From Lama glama (lineage: Eukaryota): a stretch of DNA of 64,000 bases. Below, one piece after another: positions 13,976 to 28,299 of the stretch. The position numbers were made by a program, and so were the translations under genes. Every line of letters starts with the position of its first letter. Positions within the stretch are counted from its first letter, which is position 1. Under the pieces are notes generated by a model. It worked only from the letters and a program-made list of their open reading frames with translations, did no database searches and had not been told where the DNA came from. The DNA is taken from the NCBI GenBank assembly GCA_028534125.1, contig CM052817.1, positions 38,132,001-38,196,000 on the forward strand, read 5' to 3'.

Positions 13976-14589
13976 TATAATGAGCTGACCTCCAGGTCTC
14001 TCCTGAAGAATTCTAATTTCAAATATTCTATCCTGAATCCTCTTGTTTCTCTGATACATGGCTCAACTTCACTTTCTGAAAACAGTTCCCACAAATTCAA
14101 TATAATCAGCTCCAACAAGATGCTTCTGTTAATCTATAAAAGAAAAACCAAATTGATTACGAAAATGTATGGAGAAAGAAAAGCCTTTCCTTTCCTTTCC
14201 TGCAAATTGGTGTAAAAAGTGTGCTCCCTTACTCTGATCACCAAATAAGCGTCAAATTGGTGCACTGAAAGTTTCTCAGCTTTGTGTTTTTTGGTTTTTT
14301 CCCCAGAACAGGACTATAATAACTTAGAGTTAGATGATCATAGAAGACGTCCGTCAAATGCAATTGGAAGCACCATCTCATAACAATACCTGGGAATCAG
14401 TGTTAATGCAAGAGAAATACCAGAGTCCTCTGCAAGGAATGACAGAAATAGAATAGCAGCTTGATATCCTTGAAATGACAGACGCTGAAGGCTGAATGTA
14501 TAAACAACATTCTCAAACTCCTACTCCTTTCTGCATTTTTCTACAGATTGGAATTTAAGCATTTATTTGTAATATGTAATAATAATACA

Positions 14590-14890
14590 TTGTAACTCAT
14601 TTATTTTATAGTTTGGATTACAATCCAATATTACTTTATTTATTCCATTACATTGTTTCCATTTTATCTATTGGGAGCTGTTTCAGTTGTTATTTTGTCC
14701 CTGTGACATATCTGCATAATCATGTTTTTGTTTTTAAATAGCGCAGCTCTGCCTTCTGGCACTACAAAATGCTGTAGGTTCATCTTGTATATTTCCTGCC
14801 TCAGTCCTACAATCAGACATTTTTCCAAACAGCCCAGATTGTTTGTTGGAAAATAGTATTAGAAACCAAAATCTGGGTGCTCAGTGTAGG
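14590..14890 (-). mobile_element. L1M (L1MC/MD-like) 3' UTR fragment
   Basis: ggattacaatccaatattacttt...ttctggcactacaaaatgctg...tattagaaaccaaaatctgggtgct. Confidence 0.65.
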
Positions 14891-15296
14891 GCTGACTTTT
14901 AAAAAAAATATTCCATAGAGTTTTTCATTAAGTTTCTTAAAATTAAATGTGCTATTTCAGCTTTGCACAGCTCATATCCTTCCCCCATAACTTCCTTCCT
15001 TCCTTCTCCCTTAACATCCATCCCTGTTTCACAGTACTCCTAAAGGGTCACTGCATCCGTTCTCCACCTTAGCTAACCGGCAAAATGTAGATGCCCTATA
15101 GTACAGGCTTTCCAGTTACAAAGCTAGCAAGATTAAAACAATCACAACATTAAAAAAAAAAACAAAAACAAAACTTCATCCCACCCATGTGAATTTTATC
15201 ACCATTTCCACACTAATGCTCAGTGAGTGTACACTTTTGATTGAATATGATTTCTGGAGAAGGGTTATCTTTTGCTGTTATATATCATAGTATCAG

Positions 15297-15351
15297 TTAT
15301 ATATATATGTGTGTGTGTGTATACACATATATATGTATATGTATATATATA
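15297..15351. repeat. Compound (TA)n/(TG)n microsatellite
   Basis: tatatatatatgtgtgtgtgtgtatacacatatatatgtatatgtatatatat. Confidence 0.9.
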
Positions 15352-16107
15352 AACTCTTAAAAAAATTAAATATAGAATCTTTAGATCACCTAGATCACTA
15401 ATGCCTGATAATAATAGCACTGAGGATTGAGAGTTGAGTATAAAAATAGAACTCTAAAAAAAGGGGGAGCTGAAATTTCCAGGCACTGTTATGTTTCCAC
15501 TTTTTTCCTCTCAAAAAAAGCACGGAGTAATTTATTGGGTAAGCTAAATGATCTGTGCTATTTTGAGGAAAAGAGGATGTCCTAGCAAAAAATAAAAATA
15601 AAAAAGGAAATCATATGTTTATTATTGCTTATTCACCCATCAACTCTAGTTCTGTCACCATCTCCCATCCCTGGCTAGCCGGAAAGCCAAATATTTTTGA
15701 CATTAGCTATTTGGCTAATGAACATACATCTGATGTTCTCTTAGTTCTGACATCGGTTATAAATTCAGCCGAATCCACGACAATGAGGCCCAAATTAAAC
15801 TCAGACGTGTTAAATATGGAGCACACAACATATAAATAGCAATGACACTTTAGAAGAAAATAGAGCTCTTCAATCAGCATTACAATTAAAAAAAAAAAGA
15901 AAATGACTGCTTTGGGCCAGGTGCTTTACATACACATAAATTATTTCATTGAGCCCTCTAGTTTAGTCTTCCTGAATCAAGTGCTTTAAATTCCATTAAA
16001 AAAATAAAGGTTAAGTGATTTGTTCACAAATCCATGAAGCATACATATGAGTCCAGATTTAAAGACATTTTTTTCTGCCTAAAATTCACATACAGCACAG
16101 AACCACT

Positions 16108-16494
16108 TGTGTATTTCAGGATTCCAGCAAGAAACAGCACATGCAGATTAGAGTAATCGATGGAGGGGTTAATAAAAAGACTGTTGCCAAAGGCATAACT
16201 GGGCAGTAGGAAACCCACAGAGGCACTACCCCAGGCCTGTACCACCCCCCAGGATATGGCCAGCTGGAGGCAACGCACCCAGCCCACCACCCACAGTGAC
16301 AGAGTCAGGGTAACAAACTCCTTATTCTCCTCCCTCCACTCAATGCCTTGCTTAGGTCCTTCGTGTGCCAACTCCAACCAAAAGGCATAGGACAAGGGAG
16401 TGGGGGGGTGGTCCTCACTGCTGCCCACTGGAGCAGAGAGCAGGACGGGAGTGGTGGGCAGTGCCTAAGGAGAGGCAAAGAGAATAGCTCAGCA
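16108..16494 (-). mobile_element. LTR33-like ERVL solo LTR
   Basis: tgtgtatttcaggattccagcaagaaacag...ggggttaataaaaagactgttgccaaagg...ccaaaaggcataggacaagggag resembles reverse-complement LTR33. Confidence 0.6.
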
Positions 16495-18621
16495 GATGCT
16501 GAAATATTTCTAACTATTGGTTTGAGCATAGAAACAACATAGGCTTCACATTCATTTAAATATGCTAAATATTTAATCTCTTGAAAATAAAGTTGAAAAC
16601 CAGCAGCTAAAGACCTTTGCACTGAATCTTTTTAAATGTATTAAGAATCAAAGGTGAGTTTGTTCATTTGGGGAAAATATCCAAAGAAAAATCACAGGAA
16701 CAATGCCAAGGGCTCAAGAAAAACCTTTGTTGGCTGACAAGGTAAGCCAAAGCAAGGCCCTGTAGCCCTTCAGTTTTGATTTGTTTTGTTAAGTCAAGAC
16801 TCTCTAGGCAAATCTTATTTTTGCTGAAGCAATTCTGAATCATGAGAAGTTACTCCCGAAGAACTGTGTGGATCTAGCTCTGTCACTGAGTGGTTGAATA
16901 TGCTTAGTTAGACAAGTGATTTAATAGCATTGTTGTGCCTCAGCTACTTTTTCCACCTCTACTACAATATCTAATCCTCAATCTTATATATGTAATTATT
17001 TATCAAGTTAATATTGCATCTGATCAACATAGAGTGAAGCATACTGCAAAAGATGTTTCCAGCCACTGCATCCATTTCTCTGCTGATTTTGACTGACTTC
17101 TGTTCTATTTTTCTTTTCATTTTCTTGCTTTTATGTGTAAATTGTCTAAAAGATTTAGAAACATACAAGGAATAGGTCATCAATAAATACAAACAATAAA
17201 GATACAAGCTAACTTTTAAAATACAATAATCCAATAATCTTTTGAATGTATTATGGATGTCTTCTGCAAAAGAACCCAACTGGAAGTCTTTTTGAACGTG
17301 TTGTCTTAACTGAAATAAATAACCCCTCTTATCTGTATTCATTTTGATTTCAATATTCCAGACTTATTTCTAAAGTAAAAACACAATCAGTTCTGAAAGA
17401 CATGAATAAGATATAATATATTCCCTGGTCAGATTTGGTAATTTAATAAAAGTGAGTAAGTGATTTCACCTCAGTGGCCAACTCATGAAATCTTAGGATT
17501 GAATTTGGCCACAATAATTATTAACCTAGGAAATCAAGAATTAGCTTAAGAAGCTTTTTATTCATAAGATGAAGTTGAATAGCACCGCAAAGAAATAAAT
17601 AAGAATTCTGAAACTCAACCCAGCAGGAAAGCCTACAAGGGAAAATGTTCTCTATGAGGACAGCAAACCCTATCAAGTTATTGCTCCATCTACATCCCAG
17701 GAAATCTCAATTGCCTCTTAATGAGTGTTGGACGGGAAATAGGGGCCATGATACCACATGAAGGAGGGAGATGGATGCAGCATATGGAATTTATTCTCTC
17801 AGAGTGACAGAGTTTATTCATTTCAAATGTATGCACATTCTCAAGATACTATTATAAATGATTTATTGGGAAGACATTTTACCAAAAAACTTCAGCCAGA
17901 GTGCCTCTCTTCCTCTAACACACATAAAAAGAAAAATCAAACAAAGAAGAAAAGTGCAAGTTTGCCCTACCTAACTGGTGCACATTTCTGGTGCATTTCT
18001 TATTGCTCTTATTCATTGCAGATGAGCCTGGAGACACCTGGAGACACCTGTGAAAGACTCTGTCATCTACATTCCCTGCCCCCACCCAAGCTTAAATTTT
18101 GGGTCTGTTCATCCAAAAAAGAAAAAAGAAAAAAATCCCTAATTTTCTTCCTTTTCAGAAAATTACCTGTCCATCATAAGTTTGGCCTCTAGATTTTTAT
18201 ACAGATGCCTTTGCCAAGCCAGAGGAGAATAATTCTGTTTCCCTTAGGATATTCTGAATTCAAGATAAACTTGTACAAATTTTACACGGCTAATTCAAGC
18301 CTCTGACACGGCTGTACTGTTGTCTTTGGCAGGGCTCTACTAAAAGTCACAATCAAAGTTCCCTAATGCTTTCAGATTTTTATTCAAGGAGTAATAAGTT
18401 GGTTCCTAACAAATGTACCCCCCACCACACCCCATACAGTTCATTTGACATTTTAAAGGTCCTAGTTCATTAATATTAGCAATAAAAGTTTTATTGAATT
18501 CAAGTATATGTAGGAGACTTTTCTAGACTTTGGGGAAGTAACTGTTATAAGAAAAACACTCCAACAATGATAAGTAATAGCACTAGGGAGTAGAAAATAA
18601 CCTGTGCCCCCAAAGAGTGTC

Positions 18622-19740
18622 CGTTCATTTACCTGATACTGAGCATCTCTGGTCGCCAGGCACAGTGCTAAGTGCTGGAAACACAAAGATAAACAAGCAG
18701 ACCTCGTCCTTGAGTTCACTGAGTTTACTTACATTCTAGTATTGTTAACAGATGATTTTTTTTAAAAAAGGCTATAATATCAAGTAAATAAATAAATGTC
18801 CAAATAAGTAGACATTGTAGTCAAGGCTATGAGGGGAGCAAATAGGGTTTTCTGATAGGAAATAATGGGGTGGTAGCCTACATCATTTAGGGTGGTTAAT
18901 AAAGGCCTCTCTGAAGTTCAAGCTGAGAGCTGGGCCACCCAAGAAAAACAGGCCTACTGATAGGAGAGGTGGCTCCAAGTGTAGGGAATTAAAAAATAAT
19001 CCTGGTTAGTGGTGTATGTAGGAGTCACCCAGAGGTTAGAGATGGACCTTGTCATTCGAGGCTACAGGTCATGGTAAGGATGTGGACCCTTCTAAGTAGG
19101 GATAAAACAGTATTTGTCTGTTTGTTTTAATGGCTCTTTAGTGGAGAATGTGTTTGAGTGGAAAAGAGACGCTGTGGGAGTCCCTTGCAGCACTCCAAGT
19201 GATGGTGGCCTGTGCCACAGTGATAGCAGTCAGCATTAAGAGAAGTCAAAAAAGATATGAAATATACTTTGGAAGCAGAATGGATAAGACTGTAAATGAG
19301 CTGAATGTGACAAATGAGGAAAAATGGGACCCTGTCAAATATGGATGGTGTTGCCACCTTCTGAGCTAGAAGAGGATGAAAAGGAACTGGTGGTGGCAGG
19401 GAAGTGCATGAAGAGTAGCATTTTGGACAGTTTAAGTTTGAGCTGCATGCTAACCGTGAGTCGGCTGAGTCTGTGCAGCACGGCAGAAGGCTGGGGCAGG
19501 AATTCAGAGGGGTGAGCCTTGGAGGAAGAGCTGAAACTCCAGCTGGGCATTTGAGGAAGAGTAGGGCTTAGAAAAGCAGAGAAGGAGGAAGCCACTCCAG
19601 GGACTTAGAAGGATGGGTTGATCCAATTGTAGAACAATGACTGATAAGCTTAGCTGCAGTACAGACTTCTTGTAGGGATATACTGAAAGAGAAAATGGAG
19701 AAGTAAGTAGGAGGTAGATCAAGAGAACTTTTAAATTCAA
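18622..19740 (-). mobile_element. L2 LINE, about 1.1 kb degraded fragment
   Basis: ccaggcacagtgctaagtgctggaaacacaaagataaacaag...aaaggcctctctgaag...attttggacagtttaagtttgag, purine-rich antisense L2 signature. Confidence 0.75.
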
Positions 19741-19765
19741 GCCTAGGATTTTTTTCTTTCTTTCT

Positions 19766-20265
19766 NNNNNNNNNNNNNNNNNNNNNNNNNNNNNNNNNNN
19801 NNNNNNNNNNNNNNNNNNNNNNNNNNNNNNNNNNNNNNNNNNNNNNNNNNNNNNNNNNNNNNNNNNNNNNNNNNNNNNNNNNNNNNNNNNNNNNNNNNNN
19901 NNNNNNNNNNNNNNNNNNNNNNNNNNNNNNNNNNNNNNNNNNNNNNNNNNNNNNNNNNNNNNNNNNNNNNNNNNNNNNNNNNNNNNNNNNNNNNNNNNNN
20001 NNNNNNNNNNNNNNNNNNNNNNNNNNNNNNNNNNNNNNNNNNNNNNNNNNNNNNNNNNNNNNNNNNNNNNNNNNNNNNNNNNNNNNNNNNNNNNNNNNNN
20101 NNNNNNNNNNNNNNNNNNNNNNNNNNNNNNNNNNNNNNNNNNNNNNNNNNNNNNNNNNNNNNNNNNNNNNNNNNNNNNNNNNNNNNNNNNNNNNNNNNNN
20201 NNNNNNNNNNNNNNNNNNNNNNNNNNNNNNNNNNNNNNNNNNNNNNNNNNNNNNNNNNNNNNNNN
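19766..20265. other. Assembly gap (500 N)
   Basis: Run of N. Confidence 1.
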
Positions 20266-20589
20266 TGCAAGCAAAAGAGATGTTAAAAATGAATTTAAGC
20301 AAAAGGAGAATTATTAGAATGTTATGTGCTCAGAATCAATGGGAGGTTAAGGATCAGGCCTCAGAGCTTCAGGGGACTAGAAAGGCAATTAGATAAAAGT
20401 GAAAAGCAGGGATCCAGAGGCATGGCACTCAGCCTACCACATAACTGACGTGTTACATTATGCATTTACTTCTGTATTCATGATGGAATTTTTTCATGTA
20501 ATTTGTGAAATGAAAATAAATGCTTATAAAATCATCCTTGTTCTGCTTTCCTCACAGTGTTGGAATATCAAGGCAGTTCTTGCAAATAG

Positions 20590-21160
20590 TTTGTTCTTAG
20601 AAAGACATGGCTAAGGAAACAAAAAGGCAAGCTCCATACTGAGACAAAATAGTCAAGAAATATGTATCTATCTGGCAAAAGACCTCTATCCATAATATGT
20701 AAAGAATTCTTAAAACACATTAATAAGAAGATAATAAGCCCTTTAAAAATTAGCAAAATGTGTGAATAGTAAACAAAGTAAGATATATGAAAGGCCAAAA
20801 GGTACATAGATACTCAACGTCATTAGTCATTGGAAAAAATCAAATTAAAACCACAATGAAATTCCACTAAGCACCCACTAGAATAACCAAAACATTAAAA
20901 AAAAACTGACATTACTAAATGGTGACAAAGATGTGAAGCAACAGGAATTCTCATACATACTGTTGAGAATATAAAATGGTACAATCATTTTGAAAACAGT
21001 TGGTCAGTTTCTCACACAGTTAAAAATACACTTAGCAAATTACTCAGCCATTCCACAGCTGGTTTCACTCGAGAGAAATTTAAAACACGTCCACAAAAAG
21101 AACTGTGCATGAATGTTCATAGTTGCTTTATTTGTAAGAGCCAAAAACTTGATCAATGGT
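20590..21160 (+). mobile_element. L1M ORF2 3' end / 3' UTR fragment
   Basis: tactcaacgtcattagtcattgg...caaattaaaaccacaatgaaattccact...ggaattctcatacatactg...aaatggtacaatcattttgaaaacagttgg. Confidence 0.85.
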
Positions 21161-21479
21161 ATTAAAAACTGATTTTATATAGTAGACAGCACACGCTTCT
21201 AGAGGCCAACTCCAAAGCCAAGGTAAGGGGATGAGGACCTTCTTAGCACCCTGCTTTTCTGCACAGAAGGCAAACATCATGGGAGTCTCAGATTCTTCAT
21301 GGAGACTATTCGGCTCTCTGTGAAATTAAGCCTAGACATGCTGCTCTCATATTCGATCACTGTCACTCCAACACAGGATCAGAACATCTAGGCTTAATTT
21401 TAAAGAGAGTATTTTTCCTTTGTACCCAAGTCATGTTTGGATACAACATTTCAGAATTAGATTTTCTGTGTGTTAGAGA

Positions 21480-21720
21480 AGAAAAGGGTAGATTTAGAGT
21501 CTGAAGAACTTAGTTCGTCTTTGTCTCAGGGCCTCTCACTTTCTAACATACACCCATGTACACTTTCATACACACAAATCATGTCTGACCATATTGGGCT
21601 AGCAATCTAATAAAAGCCAAAAATCATTTAATAAGAACAAACTCACAGGGTTACTGTGCATATCACATGAGATAACGCATAGAAAACTGTTCATCAAAAT
21701 GGAAGGAGCCCTATCAACAT
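21480..21720 (+). mobile_element. MIR fragments
   Basis: gatttagagtctgaagaacttagttc...ctcacagggttactgtgcatatcacatgagataacgcata. Confidence 0.5.
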
Positions 21721-22994
21721 TAGACAGTAGCTGCAGCCCTCAGGAGTGACGGTGGGAGGCTTTACACAAAGTAGATGACGCCTGGTCACCTGGTACCATT
21801 GCCACAAGAACAAAACAAAGTTAACATAGAGCTGGGACCTCGAAAACCGTAAGATCCAGTAAATAGTCCCTTGTTCTTAGGGTGACCTCAGAACTTTAAA
21901 GTTACCAGGTGGTGGTGTTTTTCTCCTAGAAATGCTGCCTGTTAGGTGATGGACCTAATGACAGGCATGGTTGAGTATCTATTTCGTATATTGTGAAGTC
22001 ATCCCTGAAAATACCATTTCAAGTGGCAGAACTCCAGAGGCCAAGTGCATATGAGATGGCTGAGCTCATCCACTGGCTCAGCATAAACATGGGTTCCACT
22101 TTGGACCTGGTGGAAGAAACACGGTCACTAAACTATGAGGCTTCTGGGCTTTCCAGGCTGAAGGAAAAGAGAGAAATAAAAGAAGTAAGAAAAAGATAAA
22201 TTTATGGAGTTTTGGAACTTTCCAGAAGGAGTCTTAAAGACTTAGGGATAGTGTTTTATAACACCTTCCATTTTAAATAAAGTGGGAAAGGAAGGAAAAC
22301 GGAAACTTGGGAAAAGGGAAGAAATAACAATTTTCCCAAAATACGGCTGACAAGTGTGTTACTCTTAGAACTTTCTTCATTATCTTTTTTGTATTGAATT
22401 TACACCAGCTAACAACACATCAACACCATTATCCTAAAAGGCTCTTGAACCTAAAGAGTCTTTATCAGTCTTCATTCCATAGAAAGTTAATTTTCTAGTT
22501 TCACATGTCTGTAAATTCAAAATGCTATTTGTCAAGTATATTTAAAATGCTGACCATTATATACCGCCCCTGAGATTTCAATTCATGTGGATAAGATTTC
22601 TGTGGCAGACATAATTTCATGTCATTGTCTTCCCATATGTGAATATACACTTTGGATATTTCCTATGTCACATGAACAAATTTACAAGCGAAAGACATCT
22701 TACTGGTCAGCCTGGGTGTTTTTGATCTGCGGTACAGAGCAAGTGAGCCTCACTGCAGAGACAATGTGCTGAGCTGGGAGAAAAGTTACAGGGCACAACA
22801 TAATTCTTCTGCAGCATTGGGATACATTAAACTATGAAACCTGCAACTCGAGGAATGGGTGGTTATGTCCTTGGCAATGTTACCCATCAAATACCACCAG
22901 ATCCTGAATCTTGAGCTCTCACACTGTGAATAAACAGATCATCACTTATTTAGCCAATGAGGACGATATGCGTGCCCTAATCTTTAACCTCGTC

Positions 22995-23425
22995 TGCCCC
23001 TTAAACTGGTTCCCTTGTAGCTCCTCTAACAAGCCAGGTGCACTCCCACATCTGAACCTATCCGTCTGGACAGCTCATTACACAGCAATCTCCCTTAGGC
23101 TTTGGCTCACAATTCACTTCAGAGAGGTGTGTCTTAATGATCCTATGTAAATTAGTACCCTACCTCATCCAATCTTTGCGCGCGCTCTCTCTCTCTCTCT
23201 CACTCTGCTATATCTTTCTCTATGAACCTTACTGCCTTGTATGCTTTACATGTATTTTATTAGGCATTATTTAGACATATAATACACTGTTATATACCTT
23301 CTGGTGTTTAGCATGTAAGATTATTGAAGGCAAGAAGTTAGTTTGATTCACTGCTATACTCCCAGTGCTCAGAATAATACTTATCACATGATACAAATTA
23401 ATATTAGTTAAATGAATGAAATAAA
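22995..23425 (+). mobile_element. L2 3' region containing a (GC)n(CT)n tract
   Basis: aagccaggtgcactcccac...attattgaaggcaagaag...ttcactgctatactcccagtgctcagaata...aaatgaatgaa. Confidence 0.7.
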
Positions 23426-24944
23426 TCAGGCAAATTTTCTGGGGATTCAAAATAATCAGGTGATATTTACTCCTTCTCATTAGAAATTGACTTCAGATCA
23501 AGCGAAGAATAAAATCTAGATATTGAAGTACTATATTGTTACAAAAATGTACTGGTAGAATCTTTTGCATGTACTCCAGAAAGTTTTAGTAAAAATTTGA
23601 TATCTAGAAATTTCCAACATAGTTCATAAATGGATATGCCCTCAAAATTCCCCTTTTGTTTCCAGAACCAGCTGGCATCTAACATCTTTCAAAAGAACAT
23701 ATTAATTTAGATTTACTTTGGCTGAATTATATTCTAGGCTTTGTAAGAGTTGAGCAATAAAGTGGTGGTAAAATTATAAATCTTGCTCTGATATCTTATC
23801 TTGAAACAAAAATAGTTCTAAAGGTGGTCCTTTGACTGAAGGGTGACTTTCTATTTAACTTTATTTCAGATATCAAACTGTGCAAATCCGTTTCCTTATT
23901 GCTTTTCCTAATTAAAAGGCCAGAAATCATTCTTTTTTTCAGAGACCCATGGCTTGGTGATGAAAAAAGTATTGAAATTCTGACAAATTATCTTTATCCA
24001 AGATTACAAGGTAGAGTGAAAGTTGGTTAATAACCTCACTGTGATGTGTGAGAATGACCCCATTACCATTCAGTGGGAATGAATTGATGGTTTTATAGCT
24101 ATTCCAATAGGAAATGTAAAGTATTGACTTCAAAAAAGCACTTCCCTAACCCTAATGATGCATAGTAAGAGATTTATGCGGTACTGTGTGACTCATTTTA
24201 CAGCACTAGCAGAAGGTAAGATATCAAAGTAGTATCTCTCAAAAAACATCATAAATCAGAAATCCTGATGTGATTGTGAAATGATGAGTTCCCCATCCTC
24301 CTACCTCACTGAGAGCAGAGCAGAGGGCAGAGACACGGTATCTTAAGAAGGCAGCTTTTTAAAATTTATTGATTTATTTATCTATCTATCTATCTATTTA
24401 TTTATTCATTTTTGCCTTCTAGCAATGTCGATAACATTCCATAAATAAGGAAATAATAACCAGAAATATAAAAAGATCATGTTTTTACTTTAAAAGATAT
24501 AATCACCAATAGACCTTTATACCTTCTTAGCTAAATCAGCCTTCCTAGTGAGTCTGAGATTTTTGCTCTTTAGCAAAAATTAGTCCTAGTGTAGCCCCCC
24601 ATACCCGCCAGTGGGAGCTGTTCTTCTTTTCCTTAGTTTTTCTTAACTCTAGTAACACAAGTGGGAGGTTCCAGTCCACAGTTCCGTACTTATTATTTGT
24701 TTAACTTAGAAGGTTGCGTTGCTACCTCTCCCTGAATGAGGTGGATGCTGCTGAGAAACACTGCTATGTCTTAAGCGTGTCTAATGAAAGCAAAACTTAC
24801 GCTGAAAGGAGAGGGAATATTAAAAGCAGAAAAAAATCCTGAAGAAGCAAATGCAAATATTATATTTAAATTCCAAAATATGTACTCAAATCTATATAAT
24901 GCATTACATGAATGTATACATTAATGTTTCAATGTTTGAGAGGA

Positions 24945-25050
24945 AGACTGGCCTGTGCTGGCATGGGCTCTGCCACTTCCTGGCTACGGGACATTAGTGA
25001 GCTGCTTGATCTCTATTGGTCTTAGTTTTCTTAATCCTAATGTGCTAAGT
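24945..25050 (+). mobile_element. MIR fragment
   Basis: ggctctgccacttcctggctacgggacattagtgag...cttagttttcttaatc. Confidence 0.55.
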
Positions 25051-26557
25051 TCAACATATATGTAATCTAGTAAATAAATAAAATAATAAAAGAAAGAAAT
25101 AAAATAATAAAATAGAATATTTTGCTCTTTTTTAAAGATCAGTGTCAGTACACACATCCCCCGCTCCACCTTGCTCAGTCACAACACACACACTTGCACG
25201 TTTGCACACCCATGTGCATGTACACACACTCACATTTTATCTCCATTGTAGGAACACAAAACAATACAGAATAATTTTTATCCTGAAAACAATTGAATTT
25301 TACTCTAATTTCAGTTGCATATTTTTCCAATCTAATAATAATATAATATATTTCCATGTCATATTCAATATTGCACTAATAATTCTACAGAACAAAGTAT
25401 ATTAAAGAAAACTTCCTTCAGGTATGGACAAAAGTCACATGAAAAAATGTTGATTTGTGAGAAAAATTTAGCTTTGAATAAACAAATTTCCATAACATGT
25501 CTCTCCATGAATTTAAATGAATCTATATTGGTGAGAAATTGTTTTAAAATACAAAGTTATGTATAAAGAATCTTGGTTTCTTTCCTTATTTTTATTAATG
25601 CACCAATCTCTAAGTTCAGATTTATCCCATCAGTTAGAATTAGTGGTCAAGCAGTACTGGTATCCTTTGGTTTAAACTTTATTATCTCATTAGCTAAGGA
25701 AAGTCAACATTATTCAGAGAATGACTAAAAACCACCATCTGTCTTCTGATCTACAATGGATGAGCTGAAAGACTTAAAATCCAAATTCATGAATCTACCG
25801 TCAAATTTTTCTTATCATAATTTCTCTCTGACCCTTCTGTTATTTGCATCTTGATTTGGATATTAGCTCTGCCACTTACTAGCTATTTGACTTCTCCTTA
25901 CCTGTAAATCACAGATAATAGCAGAACATAGAACTAGACTGCAGGTTTCCTGACACACGGTGCAGTTTTAATTCCATTCATCTATTTTTATGTTATTAGA
26001 CACGTAGAGAAAATAAAAGAGTTATCCGACTAATCTAGCATTTTAATGGCAGTATTAACCTAAATAGAAAGTCTTATTGTACCATCAATCTAATCTTTTA
26101 AAAACTTCAAAGCAGTCATAAAAAGTCTAACTTGCATATTTGACTCAATAATGACTAATTTATCACTTTGCCCATGAGTTCATTTCTTAGGGATAATTAC
26201 AAGAAAAGGATACTTTTAACCCTATCCATTTTAATTTTTTATACTTTTAAAATTTCTTACTTAGGTATCTAATATTCATTCCTTCTAAAACTTTCCATTT
26301 TTTACCTTAGTAAGAAGGAAGAAATATGAAAAGTTGTAAAGGGCGAGAACAAAAATGGAAATGAAAGACAAAAAAACTTTTGAGTAAATTATGGATGGGG
26401 AAAGACTAGAGGCCATTTATAAATAAATATTTGTTGATCATACAATTTTTAAATATCTTCACAGGAAATGTGGTATTTCTTAATGTGAGTTTTTAAATGT
26501 TTACTGCTAACTACAACTGGCCAATGGTAAGTATATTTAGCATTACCAAGAGTAGTC

Positions 26558-26760
26558 AATGGTGTGGCCTGACTGAGTTTGGAGTCAAAATCCCATTTAC
26601 TATATGTGGGGTTTGGGTTGGGTTATTTGATCTCCCTCAGTCTCAATCTTCCATGTGTACATCAGGGCTACTGATAGCACCCTACCAACAAGCGGGGAGG
26701 ACCGTATGAGACCAGTTACAAAATCACTTGGCACAGTTAGACACTCGATCAACATAAGCT
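26558..26760 (+). mobile_element. MIR SINE
   Basis: ccatttactatatgtggggtttgggttgggttatttgatctccctcagtctcaatcttccatgtgta...cttggcacagttagacactcgat. Confidence 0.65.
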
Positions 26761-27064
26761 CCCTTCCTCTTTCCCAAATGCCAGCTGGCTGGCAGACCAT
26801 ATTAAACAAAAAAGGAAGCTATGTTCCCCTTTTTCCAGACAGCTGGTAATCCAGACATCACAAGCCTTCTACAAACAATGTTGACTTATTTTTGCCACAG
26901 CTGATGTGTATACAATGTGCCTTGCCAGCTCTCCACATGGGTTGCATTCATGACCACAGAATAATTGACTTGTTTTTCTTTATTACTCCTCATTTTATGG
27001 GACCCAATTGAGGTAAAGTGGCAGTTTCATTATGTTTTGTACATTTCACAGACCTGGAGGACTT

Positions 27065-27272
27065 TATTTATTGTCTTGTAATAACAACAGTATAAAGGTT
27101 TTACATTGGTTAGCCCCCACCACAACCCTCTGATGTGTCTAATGTTAACCCTTCCAATCTGTCAATGCGGCCACTAAGAAAAACAGATTTAGTAATGCGC
27201 CCAGCATCACCCGGGTAACCAGAGTCAGGGTTTGAATTGAGATGTCCTAACTCCAGAGTCCATGCTCTGAAC
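27065..27272 (-). mobile_element. MIR SINE
   Basis: cacaaccctctgatgtg...agagtcagggtttgaattgagatgtcctaactccagagtccatgctct. Confidence 0.6.
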
Positions 27273-27534
27273 TCAGAAATGAAGGAGAGAGCTGGAAGTG
27301 CCCACAGAGTGAACTTAGGCCTTAGATTCCCTTCTACTTCCCACAGTACTCAACTGAGGGGTCCGGGTCAGGAGTAGAACACATCACCAAATACCTGAAT
27401 GATGTTAATTATGCATTTATGTCAAAAGAGAACCCGACTTTCCTCTTGAGGGGCACCCATGCATCTCCTCTATATCACTCAAGTACGGTACCTATGGGAT
27501 ACACATTCAACAGGCAACACACTTTGTACCCTAC

Positions 27535-27588
27535 CTAAAACAGTAACTAGTTCAGAGGCACATTCCACATCTTTTTGGTCTCTCGTAC
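27535..27588 (-). other. Candidate 54-nt exon (frame-preserving; one open frame GTRDQKDVECASELVTVLG)
   Basis: ggtcctttcttcctag|GTACGAG...GTTTTAG|gtaggg. Splice motifs only; peptide not recognised. Confidence 0.3.
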
Positions 27589-27721
27589 CTAGGAAGAAAG
27601 GACCACATAAGCAGGCTGAGTGTAAACGCTCAGAAAGAATAGTGTCTGGTGAGAAATTTCTCATAGTGAGAAATATATCAGTTATTATTTTTATTAACAT
27701 TATTATTATTTACAATTCAGA

Positions 27722-27962
27722 GGCTGCATAGCATAGTATTTGAAAGCCCAGATTTGGAAGCCAGACTGCCTGGGATCTGATCCCAAACGCACTCTTCACT
27801 TGTCAAGGCCTTGGATAAGTCATTATTTAACCTCTTCAGTTTTCTCATCTATGAAATGAGAATAACAGACCTTACCTTCTTGGGTAACAGTAAGAATTAC
27901 TTGGAATACTTTCTGGCTTATATAAACCCCATACAAGTATGAGATATTGTTATTGTTATCAT
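27722..27962 (+). mobile_element. MIR SINE, near full length
   Basis: gcatagcatagtatttgaaagcccagatttggaagccagactgcctggg...cagttttctcatctatgaaatgagaataa. Confidence 0.85.
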
Positions 27963-28299
27963 CATGAGCTGTAATTTTTTTATAGCAATAGTATTATTTG
28001 CTTGCTCATTTTTGTTTGTTTTTAGTAGAATTTTTTCTCCAAATGAAATTAGGCACAGCCAGTATATAAACAGCAGATGTTATATTGTATGGCAATGTCC
28101 AAAAGCCATTTTTGTCTGGTTAAAAGGTGGTAAGGACTTCCTCCCCTGACCTCGCCCTAGCATACCTGGATATAAAACACATTCAGGGAGCACATTTCAT
28201 CCATCAGTGGTAAACAGGCCTGGGCACCAGCAGGGTGCTCCTTGGCTATAAAGCTGAACTGAGGAGGGCTGGTTTAGCAAGCACTGACTGAGGAGCTCC

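Noticed and set aside
14307..14381. Plus-strand acceptor followed by a short open frame
   Set aside because: Ends in a stop with no convincing donor or poly(A) signal; peptide unrecognised.
19504..20302. Long ORFs of 175-256 aa
   Set aside because: Artefacts of reading through the N gap.
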